Shown here one piece after another: positions 11,601-20,475 of a stretch of DNA of 64,000 nucleotides. Source of the DNA: a virus; IMG/VR virus record IMGVR_UViG_3300042868_011620, positions 32,001 through 96,000 of that record; one strand, given 5' to 3'. The first letter of the stretch is position 1, and every line of letters starts with the position of its first letter. The notes under the pieces are model-generated. The model had not been told where the DNA came from. It was given only the letters and a program-made list of their open reading frames with translations, and ran no database searches. A program made the translations under genes and the position numbers.

Positions 11601-14203
11601 GCTATATGAAGATCAAGTGCTTTTGATATTTCAATAGCTTTTGTTTTATTAGGACTAGTTCCACTTTGTGCGCTAGCAGTTTTTATAAAATCAAATGTTT
11701 TACCATTTTTCAATGGGCTATCCCAAGCATTATAAGCAGCTTCTCTTTGGCTAATTGCAAAATTTGGAATAAAACCGTTAGCAGAAATGGGAATTTTAGT
11801 TCCAATTTGTTCTCTAGGAATATTTTTATATTTTTCAATGATCCGCCTAGCTTCACCAAATAATGAATTATGACTTATTCCAGTATTGCGATTTATTTCT
11901 GCTTTTTTATTTTTTTCTAATCTTTGATCATATTCTTTAGAAGAAGTACTTGGTAAAACTAAACGATTCCCTTTACCACCCATAAGTTCTGGAATTCCAA
12001 AACTAGGATCTTCATACGCTGCTTTTCCTGATAATTTAGCTTCTGCTATTTTGAAATTTCCTTTTTTAATATCCGCTTCTTGTTTGTTTTCTTGTATATC
12101 AATATACTTTAACCCCTGAAGGCGAGACTCAAATATTCTTCCAGCTAAAACATATGGAGCTGTTTTTTGATCTCCATTTTTCTCTGATTCAGATTCTACA
12201 ATATATCTATCAAAATTATATTTAAGATCTTTCCCCTGCAAACCTCCGATTCCAAATAACTGCTTATTTTTAGTATTTATATTTTCAATAGCTTTTTTAG
12301 CATAATTTGGTATAAAACCTTCGGCAGAATTAATTTTTTGCGCCCCACTAGGCATTCCCATTTTTCTCACCATGTCTCTATTAAAGATGGCGCTTCCGCT
12401 GCCTCCATTAAAGTTTGGAACAATGTGCTCACCAGAGTTTGCCACCATGGTTCCGCGTTTTCCGCCACCAAAGTTGAAATTTGGAATGACTACTGGCTTA
12501 TCTGAAGCTTTAGCTCCACCCACTCCACGTTTCACGCTAGAAGCTTCCTCTGCAACTGCTGGCATATATCCATCAGCAGCTTTTGGCACGCGCAAGCCTT
12601 GTCCTGTTGATCTAACGCCACTGCCGTATAAACCAGGAGCAATTGCAGCAGATGTGCTAGCAATTCTTCTAAGCATAGCCTCCTGATTAATAATCTCAGC
12701 GCTAATAATTTTTAATTGAGCTGCGCGATTTCCCTCAAGACCCAACAATCTCTGTTGTAAAGAAACATTTGTAGACAGTGCTTGAGCAACAGACTTTTCA
12801 ACATCTGCAATTTGTTTAGCAGCTTGACCAATGCCAAAAAAACTTTTTAAACTAGAAAATCCAAACTGAACAAGATCCCTGGACAACTTGAGAATGATAG
12901 CTCCAAACAGTGCTAGTCCTGGCCCAGAGATTACTGCTCCAATTCCTTTAGCGAGTCCTTTAAAAAATGTGCCAACAGCACTATCTTCTCTTAATAAATT
13001 TTGAACACTATCCAAAAGACCACCAAAGAAATTAAGAATATTTTTTAAATTATCAGTAACGCCAAGTTCGCCAAGAGTCGCGCCAAGTTGCTGAGCACTA
13101 ATAAGTGTTTTATTAATGATAGCTTCTAAAGTTTGATTTAAAGCTGCGTTTTTCTTATAAGCCTCGTCACTCACTTTAGCTGAGACTTCAATTGCTTTTC
13201 TATAAACTGACTGAGCGCTAGATAAATCTTGCACAGCAGCTAATAAATTGTTTAATTGATAAATTCCGCCTAATTTTTGAGAAATATCAGACTGATCTAA
13301 TGCAGAAAAAGATTCAAATTGTGCTGCTAAATTTTCTAATAATTTAGATGCTGGTAATAGTTTTCCTTGCAAGTCTGTAACTTGAATTCCAATATCTTTT
13401 AAATATGAAATTGTGCTAGTATTTTGAAGTCCTGCAAAAATCGTTTTGAATGACTGACCAATGACTGCGCCACCTCTAGAAGTCTTTTCTTGAACAGCAG
13501 TAATTAAACCAGCAAGTTCATCAAAAGAAACTCCAGCTTGTTTAGCAGTAGAGCCAGATCTCTTGATACCTTCAATAAGATCTCGCTCAGAAACAGCGTA
13601 TTCCTGAGAAACTGCAACAAGTTTATTTAAAATTTGAGCAGTTGTTATTCCAGTTTCTTTAAAAGAGTTGAATGCTGCTGTTAAACCAGAAACAGCATCT
13701 TCTGAACTCAAACCAGATAGTCTAGTTAAAATAAGAGCGTCGCTCAAGCGCTTTAAAACTTCTTCAGCTCCTAATCCTTGGCGAGATAACTCTAATGCTC
13801 CATTAGCAACATCCTTAAAGGTTTGAGATGTATTTTTAGCAATATTAAATAATCCATCTCCAAATTTTTGAAGTCCAGCGCCACTTTCATTTAAAGCAGT
13901 GTTAATACTAGCTAAAGAACTTTCAACTTCAATTGTATTTTGAACAACGCTCTTAAGAGCTTGACTAACGCTATTAATAATTCCAACAGATGCTCCGAAT
14001 GCAAAGACGCGAGCATTCGCAGCTTCCATTGATTTTGTGAATTGATCAGCTTGACCAGTGATTCTTCCCAGCGGTTGAGATAGCGAAGAGATTTGTTTGG
14101 CGCTAGTGCCCAAATTAATTACAGCACTTTTACCAGCGCTTTTCATTGCTGCTTGGATGCTTGCTTCTAAACCTGTTTGTACTACTGGAAGTTGTAATGC
14201 CAT
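5645..14203 (-). CDS. tail tape measure protein with lytic transglycosylase (SLT-like) domain
   Basis: 2852 aa; N-terminal TP901-type TMP region; IASEESGFDP...GLFQM...LLDPQQNA SLT motifs; C-terminal DDVPAMLMGGEYV motifs. Confidence 0.9.
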   Translation of the reverse strand: MALQLPVVQTGLEASIQAAMKSAGKSAVINLGTSAKQISSLSQPLGRITGQADQFTKSMEAANARVFAFGASVGIINSVSQALKSVVQNTIEVESSLASINTALNESGAGLQKFGDGLFNIAKNTSQTFKDVANGALELSRQGLGAEEVLKRLSDALILTRLSGLSSEDAVSGLTAAFNSFKETGITTAQILNKLVAVSQEYAVSERDLIEGIKRSGSTAKQAGVSFDELAGLITAVQEKTSRGGAVIGQSFKTIFAGLQNTSTISYLKDIGIQVTDLQGKLLPASKLLENLAAQFESFSALDQSDISQKLGGIYQLNNLLAAVQDLSSAQSVYRKAIEVSAKVSDEAYKKNAALNQTLEAIINKTLISAQQLGATLGELGVTDNLKNILNFFGGLLDSVQNLLREDSAVGTFFKGLAKGIGAVISGPGLALFGAIILKLSRDLVQFGFSSLKSFFGIGQAAKQIADVEKSVAQALSTNVSLQQRLLGLEGNRAAQLKIISAEIINQEAMLRRIASTSAAIAPGLYGSGVRSTGQGLRVPKAADGYMPAVAEEASSVKRGVGGAKASDKPVVIPNFNFGGGKRGTMVANSGEHIVPNFNGGSGSAIFNRDMVRKMGMPSGAQKINSAEGFIPNYAKKAIENINTKNKQLFGIGGLQGKDLKYNFDRYIVESESEKNGDQKTAPYVLAGRIFESRLQGLKYIDIQENKQEADIKKGNFKIAEAKLSGKAAYEDPSFGIPELMGGKGNRLVLPSTSSKEYDQRLEKNKKAEINRNTGISHNSLFGEARRIIEKYKNIPREQIGTKIPISANGFIPNFAISQREAAYNAWDSPLKNGKTFDFIKTASAQSGTSPNKTKAIEISKALDLHIAQNAIQIRDDYKSNKQEGVTARRADTTGAVAEFGMIYPSNSKGKVSSFLVGNQREVVKGIPIIGKPSDDLYPEVEKGIINAGMNYAKNLGFNPDIIQEERFAAGIKSNLNPGTIEAAFGTVFESVFQSAMEVPPNIGQTFDLPSRTKLNSFVGSMERGGILKASIAGNINPEMLAADFKNDLSDPNLSSMAQKISAFRLKEAAKGNTTERSARGFIPNFANTTVALGKDPEYARRQRERSAKAQKYRSATGTIGNLFKVLPEKFFADLVLGDAGHGLETEGIFKTIKDSAMYSASFAGPNAVKFVQSAESYGLKVSKTLQDKLAKLLVKATTKSGAKGFLPNFADPVQAAIGREMSAGVPASQIYIDQNASLKNAMNPNGLMVANRIDEPMGGSQGIARARKEGANPMTYGAANGFVPNYATMGSFQTPGNSTSNTQPPVNQSAAVTAATNAIAASIAAAVTKAMSASAPAAAAAPAKLPLPTPARPNAQINAAPPEPPKSGMSSEKMLGTIFAVQGGLSLLSGAFKDSASQIGKYTSIVADSLSNVSTAAFAMSGFSSIASSSNKLTAAFGKLGQVGAALGIAYEVFKGGKELYYEFSGANERAAKAANSLADAAKNAAANLQDYNPTEQTSIKKQAEEYVAQLTKGTYQFESASGEKTSMRAGLSIDDPMKEQLIKAFEMLQAGSVTKQEMDDFLKSSIREVQLKPVQLTDGMMGGKGGMYRESTPSKKSELQLKNEAAAAAAATPDYTAINSDFIGKKVESLLNKSTNDPIKVKSLIAGKSVGELTKIIESENLISDLIKDQGIGKTFAINIVKKTREQLQATSREEKEAVETRNIALEKYVRELGAESIYKNKIASFAQISANAEIAKQRELSALSNSLTVSAEDRSKIESLINLKYEERAGLVAQELSVLTSAKSLLEEGFSGTGVTAPAKQSITQGIPSLLKNNPNLFTDIAGATDTQSVLAQSLNILKQLGVEGDDSQEAAKALSLSFIKIGESIKDANKDLSTTTLKNKEILLIDLQRQKATEQINRDFQKYSNSLDTILNSRSIQNIAAESSIKIDEMRKNDVLSNPNTFSGIRTEAGRIEKTQQIEKESFDRRVQLEREIEDRQASIDLAKKLLTQDNISALNANTDTLGKLIDQLQQQIQQIKDSTPVDPQLISNQVNSSNIPNTPSNIDAAISKAVLYSGIQSTVVNKEQSQQFFGKDVPGPGDWKKLLTNIASEESGFDPKKTYEEKKIKDNQGKNVISTGLFQMSTESVNKWREKNNKPSITQEDLLDPQQNAMIAAEIMKQMIEESGGAIAGGNKNDGYQGLSKYWAVMRGERATKTNGLAVSAPTQENISNSNNLTPNSSLGAYGVNAYKDVNSSDAIIARANDLVNKLANQTLDSSQLSDAINAIAQTIDGSQDQITQYATNLTEQVSRIQASNAKIKAQNKERKTQDELEKNKQEGTFKSGLSSGFIELNKQTNNFQYKFGTEIPQLFSNGLASAIEGALDGTKSLKESLMDAATSFLKAISSKSISNMADLFTQGLGNFLPGFGAPQGAAAGGYIRGGSGSKDDVPAMLMGGEYVINKKSVNKYGPAFLEAINSGSLDGYAKGGKVKDYFTPGTYGVKQMTTDDDLLAFATQEYTSGSKDKISSGNGFASVSLEPESVRLTNFGRRNSPQAQRAKDVRKQMFGIYIDEMRKAAELKKQEEEEKKARKKAFKNALIMAGVSIAGSALVGGAMSGFKNAFSTSKLAGGTFAKNAMSGLGGMVTGGGVDGLQGNNYGGILNMFSKRGGITDASKYIQSTYGKDFIGPIQESQKVNAGNNINSNQSNANGLALPYGGGFDDGGLFPPGFLEKYTPAKRATGGSISQTAGIDTIPTMLSGGEFIMNKAAAENIGTGNLQAMNAGASKPVDEKASRDLNDKLISKFDELIGTTEKSTGSITINVDGSTGKSSEASTGQTQQSGQQLSRQIRDAVLKVIQEEKRLGGQLRRGM

Positions 14204-14240
14204 TGTCCTTGCTCCTTTAAGAACTTTACACTAAAAAATC

Positions 14241-15218
14241 CTAACCATCCATCAATTTCATCATTTGTTCCATATTAAGACTTCCGCCATTTTGCCTAAC
14301 AGCATCTTCTAAAGAAATAGTTCGAGCATTAGGATCTATTTGCTTCAAATCTTCTTTTGTAGCTCCAAAAACTACTGTTGATTCAGAGTCCCTAGACTGT
14401 CTTTGAGATGACTGCTTGCCAGTCTTTTTGCTTTCAGAGAATCTTAAAATTGCAGATGGATCTTTTTTAATATTGTCTGGAAGATCTTCGTTATATTGAA
14501 ATATATTAAAAAATACTCTAGCATACAAAGCTAGTTTTAATTGAAAGATTGATAATTGAATAATTGGCTTACCATAAAATGCTGACAAGTGCTCTGTTTG
14601 AGAAAGATACATGTTAAAGAAATCTCTCAAAACACAATGTTGAATATTGTCTTCGCTCAGTCTAGCATTAGAAGTTGAATAAATTTTAACTAAATAATTT
14701 ATATTATAATCTTCCAAATCGTCAAACTCTTCTTGCGAAAATAAATGTTCCTTGAGAGTTTCGTCTTTGAATAAAATATATCTTATAAACTCTTCATTTG
14801 TTCTGGTAGAAGCGTAAGACTCTGCTGTATTACCAGAAATTTCTTTTTTAGCGGACAGCAATTTGCTTAATTCATAATTCTTCTCAAGAATAGTTTTATT
14901 AAAATTACTTTTTTGAGATGGTAAGTAAGCTGCTTTTTGAGACTCTTTTAATTTAGTAATTTCAAACTCTAAATTAGCAATATTTAAATCATCAGAGTCG
15001 CTCCACAAGTCGTCATTTTTTAGTCTAACTAAAATTTCTTTTTCACTTGGTATTCCCTTTTGTAAAGCAATGTTTTTATATTTATCATAATAGCGATGAA
15101 TATATCTCTGATCTCTAATTGAGAAATGCTTCAAGTACGCTGGTCTTCCAGCGTACTCGAATTCTGTATAGCCATCAAATATTTCTCCAACTATAGAAAT
15201 ATACTCTTCTTCGCTCAC
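14241..15218 (-). CDS. hypothetical protein, possible tail assembly chaperone
   Basis: 325-aa ORF directly upstream of the TMP. Confidence 0.5.
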   Translation of the reverse strand: MSEEEYISIVGEIFDGYTEFEYAGRPAYLKHFSIRDQRYIHRYYDKYKNIALQKGIPSEKEILVRLKNDDLWSDSDDLNIANLEFEITKLKESQKAAYLPSQKSNFNKTILEKNYELSKLLSAKKEISGNTAESYASTRTNEEFIRYILFKDETLKEHLFSQEEFDDLEDYNINYLVKIYSTSNARLSEDNIQHCVLRDFFNMYLSQTEHLSAFYGKPIIQLSIFQLKLALYARVFFNIFQYNEDLPDNIKKDPSAILRFSESKKTGKQSSQRQSRDSESTVVFGATKEDLKQIDPNARTISLEDAVRQNGGSLNMEQMMKLMDG

Positions 15219-15970
15219 AATTCATTAGTTTCGAGTCGTTTCATCAATCCATCAAAAGAGTCTTTGTCAGATGTTTGGTTGAAGAACCAAAATGCTAAAA
15301 TTGTTGCAGCCTTTTTAGTAATCAAAAAGTACAAAGGATCTTCGCCCTCTTCTCTCTTGTAGTACTCTTCCATCTTGTCTTCAAAAGATCCCTTGCCAAA
15401 AAATGGCTTTGGATTTTCATCACCCTCTTCTTGAACATGAGTGAGCATAATAACATACCAGAGAATGAGTCGATTCTGCGCTCTAACATCTGCTGTATGA
15501 TCAAACAAAGATTGATAGTTGCTTTCAAACTCTACAATTTGGCGGCGAACTTTAACAAGATCAGTAGAAATTTCCTCTACTCTTTCTTTTTGTTTGTCAG
15601 TTTTATTTTGAACAATTTCTAGACGAGAGTATTCATTTTGTAAATCAAAAATCTTTTTGTAAGAATCCACTAAGGACTGAGCATCATCTTCACTCATTAA
15701 GCCGCCAGTATCGCTGTACTTTTTGGCTAACATAGCTTTTGTCAAAATGCCTTTCTTGACACATCGACTCATCTCAACACTAAACTCTAACTCAGCCTCT
15801 TCAAGCTCTCTGCGCGAGGGGCGTTTTAGTTTAATAACTACTGGCACCTTTTCTTTAACTGTTTTTTTAGTGATAGTTTCTTCACCAGTTTTCTTATCTT
15901 TCTTAGAAGACTCGATTACTTTTTCCACTTCTTTATCTACTGTAAAATTGTATAGTTCTTTAAATTCCAT
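15215..15970 (-). CDS. hypothetical protein, possible tail assembly chaperone
   Basis: 251-aa charged helical ORF whose stop overlaps the next start. Confidence 0.5.
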   Translation of the reverse strand: MEFKELYNFTVDKEVEKVIESSKKDKKTGEETITKKTVKEKVPVVIKLKRPSRRELEEAELEFSVEMSRCVKKGILTKAMLAKKYSDTGGLMSEDDAQSLVDSYKKIFDLQNEYSRLEIVQNKTDKQKERVEEISTDLVKVRRQIVEFESNYQSLFDHTADVRAQNRLILWYVIMLTHVQEEGDENPKPFFGKGSFEDKMEEYYKREEGEDPLYFLITKKAATILAFWFFNQTSDKDSFDGLMKRLETNEL

Positions 15971-15985
15971 ATGCCTTAATATATT

Positions 15986-16276
15986 TTAATTTTTAAATAC
16001 AAAAGTTACAGTATATTTTTCAAATTCATCAGAAAAATCTCTGATAGCTTCATTTCCAATGTCTAAAATTCGTTTTCTCAATCTAACTGACTTTTCATCT
16101 GTTAAATAATTTGCTGCATAAATTAAGTTATGATGCTCAGTTGGTAAAACATCTAAAATTTTCCTAAATTGAGAGTCATGTTCAAACTTTAAATCCTCAA
16201 TGATAACTAGCATATCCTTAAATAAGCTAGACATTGACCGTTTACACCTTTCTTCTAAAGAATTTTTAGCATTCAT
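15986..16276 (-). CDS. hypothetical protein
   Basis: 96-aa ORF in the same operon. Confidence 0.6.
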   Translation of the reverse strand: MNAKNSLEERCKRSMSSLFKDMLVIIEDLKFEHDSQFRKILDVLPTEHHNLIYAANYLTDEKSVRLRKRILDIGNEAIRDFSDEFEKYTVTFVFKN

Positions 16277-16321
16277 CCGTATACCTTTATATATAATACT
16301 TTTTAAAGTGTAAATTTCAAT

Positions 16322-16771
16322 ATGGCTAGTTTACTTAACGCATCAAAACAAACAGCAATCAATAGTATTTATGTTAATCTTCATGATACTTTTTCAAGAG
16401 CAATTGTTGTTTATAAAAATGCTCAAAAATCAGTGTCAACATCTAACGCTAAATTTAATGGCATTTATGGCAACGCTGGTAAAACTACTAGCATTGTAAA
16501 TCAGGAAGTTAGTCAAACCATTCAAGCAAGAATTTACTATACCAATTTAAAAGAAGAAATCTTATCAGATTCCAACGCTCCAGCTAGTAAAATTATACTG
16601 CCACAAGGCTCTGTTAAAATTATTGTAGATTTTGCAGGCGCTGAATTTATAAGAGAAGCTCGTCGAGTAGAATTCGATGGTAAAATATTTGCTATTAAAA
16701 GCGAATGGACTCCAATTTGTTTGTTTGATAATTTATATTATGAGTTTTACTTGAGTCCAATTGATTCTTGA
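16322..16771 (+). CDS. putative head-closure/neck protein
   Basis: 149 aa, beta-rich; first gene of the inverted neck-tail block. Confidence 0.5.
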   Translation: MASLLNASKQTAINSIYVNLHDTFSRAIVVYKNAQKSVSTSNAKFNGIYGNAGKTTSIVNQEVSQTIQARIYYTNLKEEILSDSNAPASKIILPQGSVKIIVDFAGAEFIREARRVEFDGKIFAIKSEWTPICLFDNLYYEFYLSPIDS

Positions 16772-17349
16772 TTATGAAACTTCCCAAAGACGTACAGAGC
16801 ATTATAGATGCTCAAACTCCAAAACTTTTACGAGTTCCTTTTGAGCAAGCTCTTCAAAAAAGATTTGAAACTTTAAAAAATCAAATGATTAATGAGTTTT
16901 TGAATCACCCAGTTTCTCAAGAAATTTCAGGTGGTCCAGAAGCATCAAATTCGAGCGGTTCTCTTGGGGGATATGGAAATTTATTTTCATTCATTGGATT
17001 TGAAGAGGATGATGAACCTCTCAAACCAATTTTAGAACAGCTACAAGCAACAAACTTTATATACTCTGGAGAGATTGCTTCTGGAGTTAAATTCTCAATA
17101 CTACTTCCAACAGCTAAGGAGATTTTTGAGGTTACTCCCATGCCATGGGCCTCTGGTAGAAGTTGGGCCAAAGGAATCGAAAGTGGAATCTCTGGACTAG
17201 GATTTTATTTAAAATTAAAAAGTAAAAATAGTAGATCTGGCGAAGGAATACAAACTAGTGTAAAAGCTAATACTAGAAGATTTAAAAATCAACAATACAT
17301 TTCTCTTTTGATTAATAAATACACTAACTTATTCGCTCAATTAAAATGA
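16768..17349 (+). CDS. putative neck/tail completion protein
   Basis: 193 aa; position between head-closure-like and terminator-like genes. Confidence 0.45.
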   Translation: MIMKLPKDVQSIIDAQTPKLLRVPFEQALQKRFETLKNQMINEFLNHPVSQEISGGPEASNSSGSLGGYGNLFSFIGFEEDDEPLKPILEQLQATNFIYSGEIASGVKFSILLPTAKEIFEVTPMPWASGRSWAKGIESGISGLGFYLKLKSKNSRSGEGIQTSVKANTRRFKNQQYISLLINKYTNLFAQLK

Positions 17350-18194
17350 TAGAACAATTCCAACACAGAGCCACGACTTCTTTTTTACTATGGTTTGACA
17401 ATTTCTTGTTACGCAAAGGAGAAGCATTTTCCAATCAAACTGGAAAGTTTTTTAATTATACTGATGATCGCTTAGATTCTAGATATAAACCATATGGTAG
17501 CGCTTACAAGCAGTGGGTCACAGATTCTTCTATAGCTAATGCTGTGGTTCCTAGTGGGGTTCATATCAGCGGATCTTTCGTTCCAAGAAGCAATTCTTTA
17601 ATCATTGATTTTGAAAATGGAAGAGTTTTAGCTAGCGGAGTTGCTGCATCCGCTCCAATTACAGGATCATTCTCCGTAAAAGATTTTAATGTTTATTTTA
17701 CTAATGACTCTGAGGATGATTTGATTGTGGAGAGAAAGTATATTCAAAACTCTCGAATCTCTAGTCCTGATGAAAGCTATATTTCACCATATGATCAAGT
17801 AGTGCCTGCTATTTTCTTGTCTAGTGATTCTATGAAGAATGATGGATTTGCATTTGGCGGCATGGATACTACTAAAATTAATATGAAAGCTGTAATTTTA
17901 GCTGAAAATGCTTATCAGTTAGATGGAGTTCTATCTATTTTTGCAGATTCATATAATGAGAATATTTGCAACGTTCCCTTTTCTGGTCACCCTCAAACAG
18001 AGTATGGAGATTTAAAAAATGGATCTTATTCTTATGCAAATTTAAAGTCAACTTACGCTTCTAATACTTCATTTTTTATTAACAGCGTAAATGCTTCCAA
18101 ATTAACCGATAAGGCTAGAACAACTTTAACAGATAACTTGTATGTTGGATTTTTAGACTTTGAAATACACCAACAAAGATATTCAAGACAATAA
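17346..18194 (+). CDS. putative tail terminator/structural protein
   Basis: 282 aa immediately upstream of the major tail protein. Confidence 0.45.
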   Translation: MIEQFQHRATTSFLLWFDNFLLRKGEAFSNQTGKFFNYTDDRLDSRYKPYGSAYKQWVTDSSIANAVVPSGVHISGSFVPRSNSLIIDFENGRVLASGVAASAPITGSFSVKDFNVYFTNDSEDDLIVERKYIQNSRISSPDESYISPYDQVVPAIFLSSDSMKNDGFAFGGMDTTKINMKAVILAENAYQLDGVLSIFADSYNENICNVPFSGHPQTEYGDLKNGSYSYANLKSTYASNTSFFINSVNASKLTDKARTTLTDNLYVGFLDFEIHQQRYSRQ

Positions 18195-18261
18195 AAAAAA
18201 TTCTCTTTAATAGGGAAAAACTGTAAATAAAACGAACCCCAACTAAACCTATTTAACTACC

Positions 18262-19416
18262 ATGGCTAGAAATCGAGTAATTTATCAATCAGACGCATTA
18301 TACGTCAGCAAAAATATCACTGGATCTGTGAGCGGCGCTCACGTTCAACTTGATCGCGTTCAAAGCGCAAACTACAGTTTCACTATCAATCGTCAAGACA
18401 TCAATCAATTTGGTGAACTTGGACGCATTGGATATGTGACTCTTGAGCCGCCAACTGTTAATCTTGACTTTACTTATTATTTAACAGATGGAGCTAATGA
18501 AAGAGCTATGAATTTCCACGTTAGAAATGGTGGAGTTGGAATGACTGGAGAAAGAACATTTCTTTCTGGACACATGATTGCAGACTTTAGTGGACAAAAT
18601 TTCTACATCTTAACATCTACAGAAGGAAATGATGTTAATAATACTACTGGAGATGTGACTGGAGCTGGAAACTACATTAAAAATGCTGTTGGCATTGGTA
18701 ATGCTTATATTACTAATTATAGTCTTGATGCATCAGTTGGTAACCTCCCAACAGTATCAGTTTCATTTGAAGGTGCCAATATGAATGCTGTTACTGGAGT
18801 AACCCCACTTTCTGGTGGTTGGAGTGGATTGCAAAATGCAGCTGTTCAACCAGAAAGTGGAATTTCATTCTCTGGAACTGGAGTTCTTCTTCCAAGTGGC
18901 AAAAGCTCCTTGGGAATAGCTGGAATCACCGCTCTTCGCCCTGGAGACATCACATTAAACTTATCACTTTTTGATGATGTTGGAAGTGGAGTTTTCTCTA
19001 AAGTAAGTGGAACAGACGCTATTCATATTCAGAGTGCTGCGTTAGCTATTCCTCTCTCTAGAACTCCAATTCAGCGCCTTGGAAGTAGATTTGCATTCAG
19101 CAGACCATTAGACTTGCCAGCAAGTGCTACGCTTTCAGTTTCCGCTATCGTTAATGAAATGACTGCTGAAAATCTTGCCGCAGTTCTTGATTTAACTTAT
19201 GAAAAAGATATTACCCTTACTATTAACGCCCCAACTGGTGGTGCAGCAGTAATTTATACTCTTAAAAAATGCCGCTTAGACAGCGAATCATTCTCTAGTA
19301 GCATTGGCGCAAATAAAACTGTTGATCTTGTTTTCTCTACTCAGTACAGCAGCTTGAATGATACTACGCGAGGAGTTTTCATGAGTGGTATTTCCACTGG
19401 AACAATCTTCGCTTAA
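18262..19416 (+). CDS. major tail tube protein
   Basis: 384 aa, S/T/G-rich beta protein with its own promoter motif and a strong terminator. Confidence 0.7.
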   Translation: MARNRVIYQSDALYVSKNITGSVSGAHVQLDRVQSANYSFTINRQDINQFGELGRIGYVTLEPPTVNLDFTYYLTDGANERAMNFHVRNGGVGMTGERTFLSGHMIADFSGQNFYILTSTEGNDVNNTTGDVTGAGNYIKNAVGIGNAYITNYSLDASVGNLPTVSVSFEGANMNAVTGVTPLSGGWSGLQNAAVQPESGISFSGTGVLLPSGKSSLGIAGITALRPGDITLNLSLFDDVGSGVFSKVSGTDAIHIQSAALAIPLSRTPIQRLGSRFAFSRPLDLPASATLSVSAIVNEMTAENLAAVLDLTYEKDITLTINAPTGGAAVIYTLKKCRLDSESFSSSIGANKTVDLVFSTQYSSLNDTTRGVFMSGISTGTIFA

Positions 19417-19426
19417 CCGCTTAAAT

Positions 19427-19461
19427 AAAAAAGGAGCATGGGAAACCATGCTCCTTTTTTT
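19427..19461. terminator. bidirectional intrinsic terminator
   Basis: AAAAAA-GGAGCATGG-GAAA-CCATGCTCC-TTTTTTT between convergent genes. Confidence 0.9.
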
Positions 19462-19483
19462 ATATTATCACAGCTGAAAAATT

Positions 19484-19933
19484 TTAGTTTATATCTGTTT
19501 CAATTCCGCCTAATTGAAGTGGCTCAGATTGATACATGTTATATTTGTGACTCATAGAATCAATTTTAGCTTGGCAATCTGTTGCCATGGACTTGTAGAC
19601 TTTTGCTACTTCGTTTTTATTAGTGAATGATACTGAGCTATTGCCATCTCGTAAACTCAAAACATCTCCTCCATTAGATGCTGAAAGTATGCCTCTGAGA
19701 GCATTACGAGATTGTTTATTGTAATAACTACAGAGATACATCTCTTTATAAATGGCGCTAGACTCTAAATCCAAGAGCGCTCCGCTACCACTATACGATG
19801 TATTAATAAGTGTATTTAATTGTCCAAGATTCTCATTTAGCCAAGAGGTGATGTAAGACTCTGGAACAATGCCAGAATCTCCATCAAATTCAGTTTGAAA
19901 AATGCCAGAACTTAAATCACTAATAGCGCTCAT
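19484..19933 (-). CDS. putative head-tail adaptor
   Basis: 149-aa helical ORF downstream of the capsid genes. Confidence 0.45.
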   Translation of the reverse strand: MSAISDLSSGIFQTEFDGDSGIVPESYITSWLNENLGQLNTLINTSYSGSGALLDLESSAIYKEMYLCSYYNKQSRNALRGILSASNGGDVLSLRDGNSSVSFTNKNEVAKVYKSMATDCQAKIDSMSHKYNMYQSEPLQLGGIETDIN

Positions 19934-19947
19934 ATAAACATTTTACA

Positions 19948-20394
19948 CTAAATGTCATTGATAATTTTCATTAAGTGTTTATGTTCAGGATTATTAGGGT
20001 CCATTACAAAGCTATTCATAGAAGTTGGCATGATGTTTCTGCGGCTATTGCGCGTGGAAGCAGAGAATTCTTTTAATAAGTTTTTCTTTAGAGTGGGATA
20101 ATCGTGAAAAGGATTGAGTCCAACTTTTTGAGCAAGTTTTTGAATTTCTGATAAGCTCATGCCAGCCAAGGACTCTTGAAATACTTCTAGTTCATTAGTT
20201 CCGAATGGGCTAATCTGAGATACTCCTAATAGGATTTCTAACTCTCTCATTTTAGCTACAAATTCTGGAGTGTTTGTGGAATTTGAAGCTCTCATTTCGT
20301 TGATTTCTTCAATCAGTGTGCGGCTGGAATGTGGATTAGATTCATAACTAGAGGTTACTCCGTTGGCAGTTTCCATTTGATTTGTGTTGCTCAT
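19948..20394 (-). CDS. hypothetical protein
   Basis: 148-aa ORF. Confidence 0.6.
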   Translation of the reverse strand: MSNTNQMETANGVTSSYESNPHSSRTLIEEINEMRASNSTNTPEFVAKMRELEILLGVSQISPFGTNELEVFQESLAGMSLSEIQKLAQKVGLNPFHDYPTLKKNLLKEFSASTRNSRRNIMPTSMNSFVMDPNNPEHKHLMKIINDI

Positions 20395-20428
20395 ACTATA
20401 TTATAAATTAAATATAGCGTTTTTAAAT

Positions 20429-20457
20429 AAAAAGAGCCGCCCCTTTCAGGGCGGCTC
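20429..20457 (-). terminator. intrinsic terminator after the capsid gene
   Basis: GAGCCGCCC hairpin plus U tract on the minus strand. Confidence 0.85.
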
Positions 20458-20475
20458 AGTTTAAGAAAGACTAGC

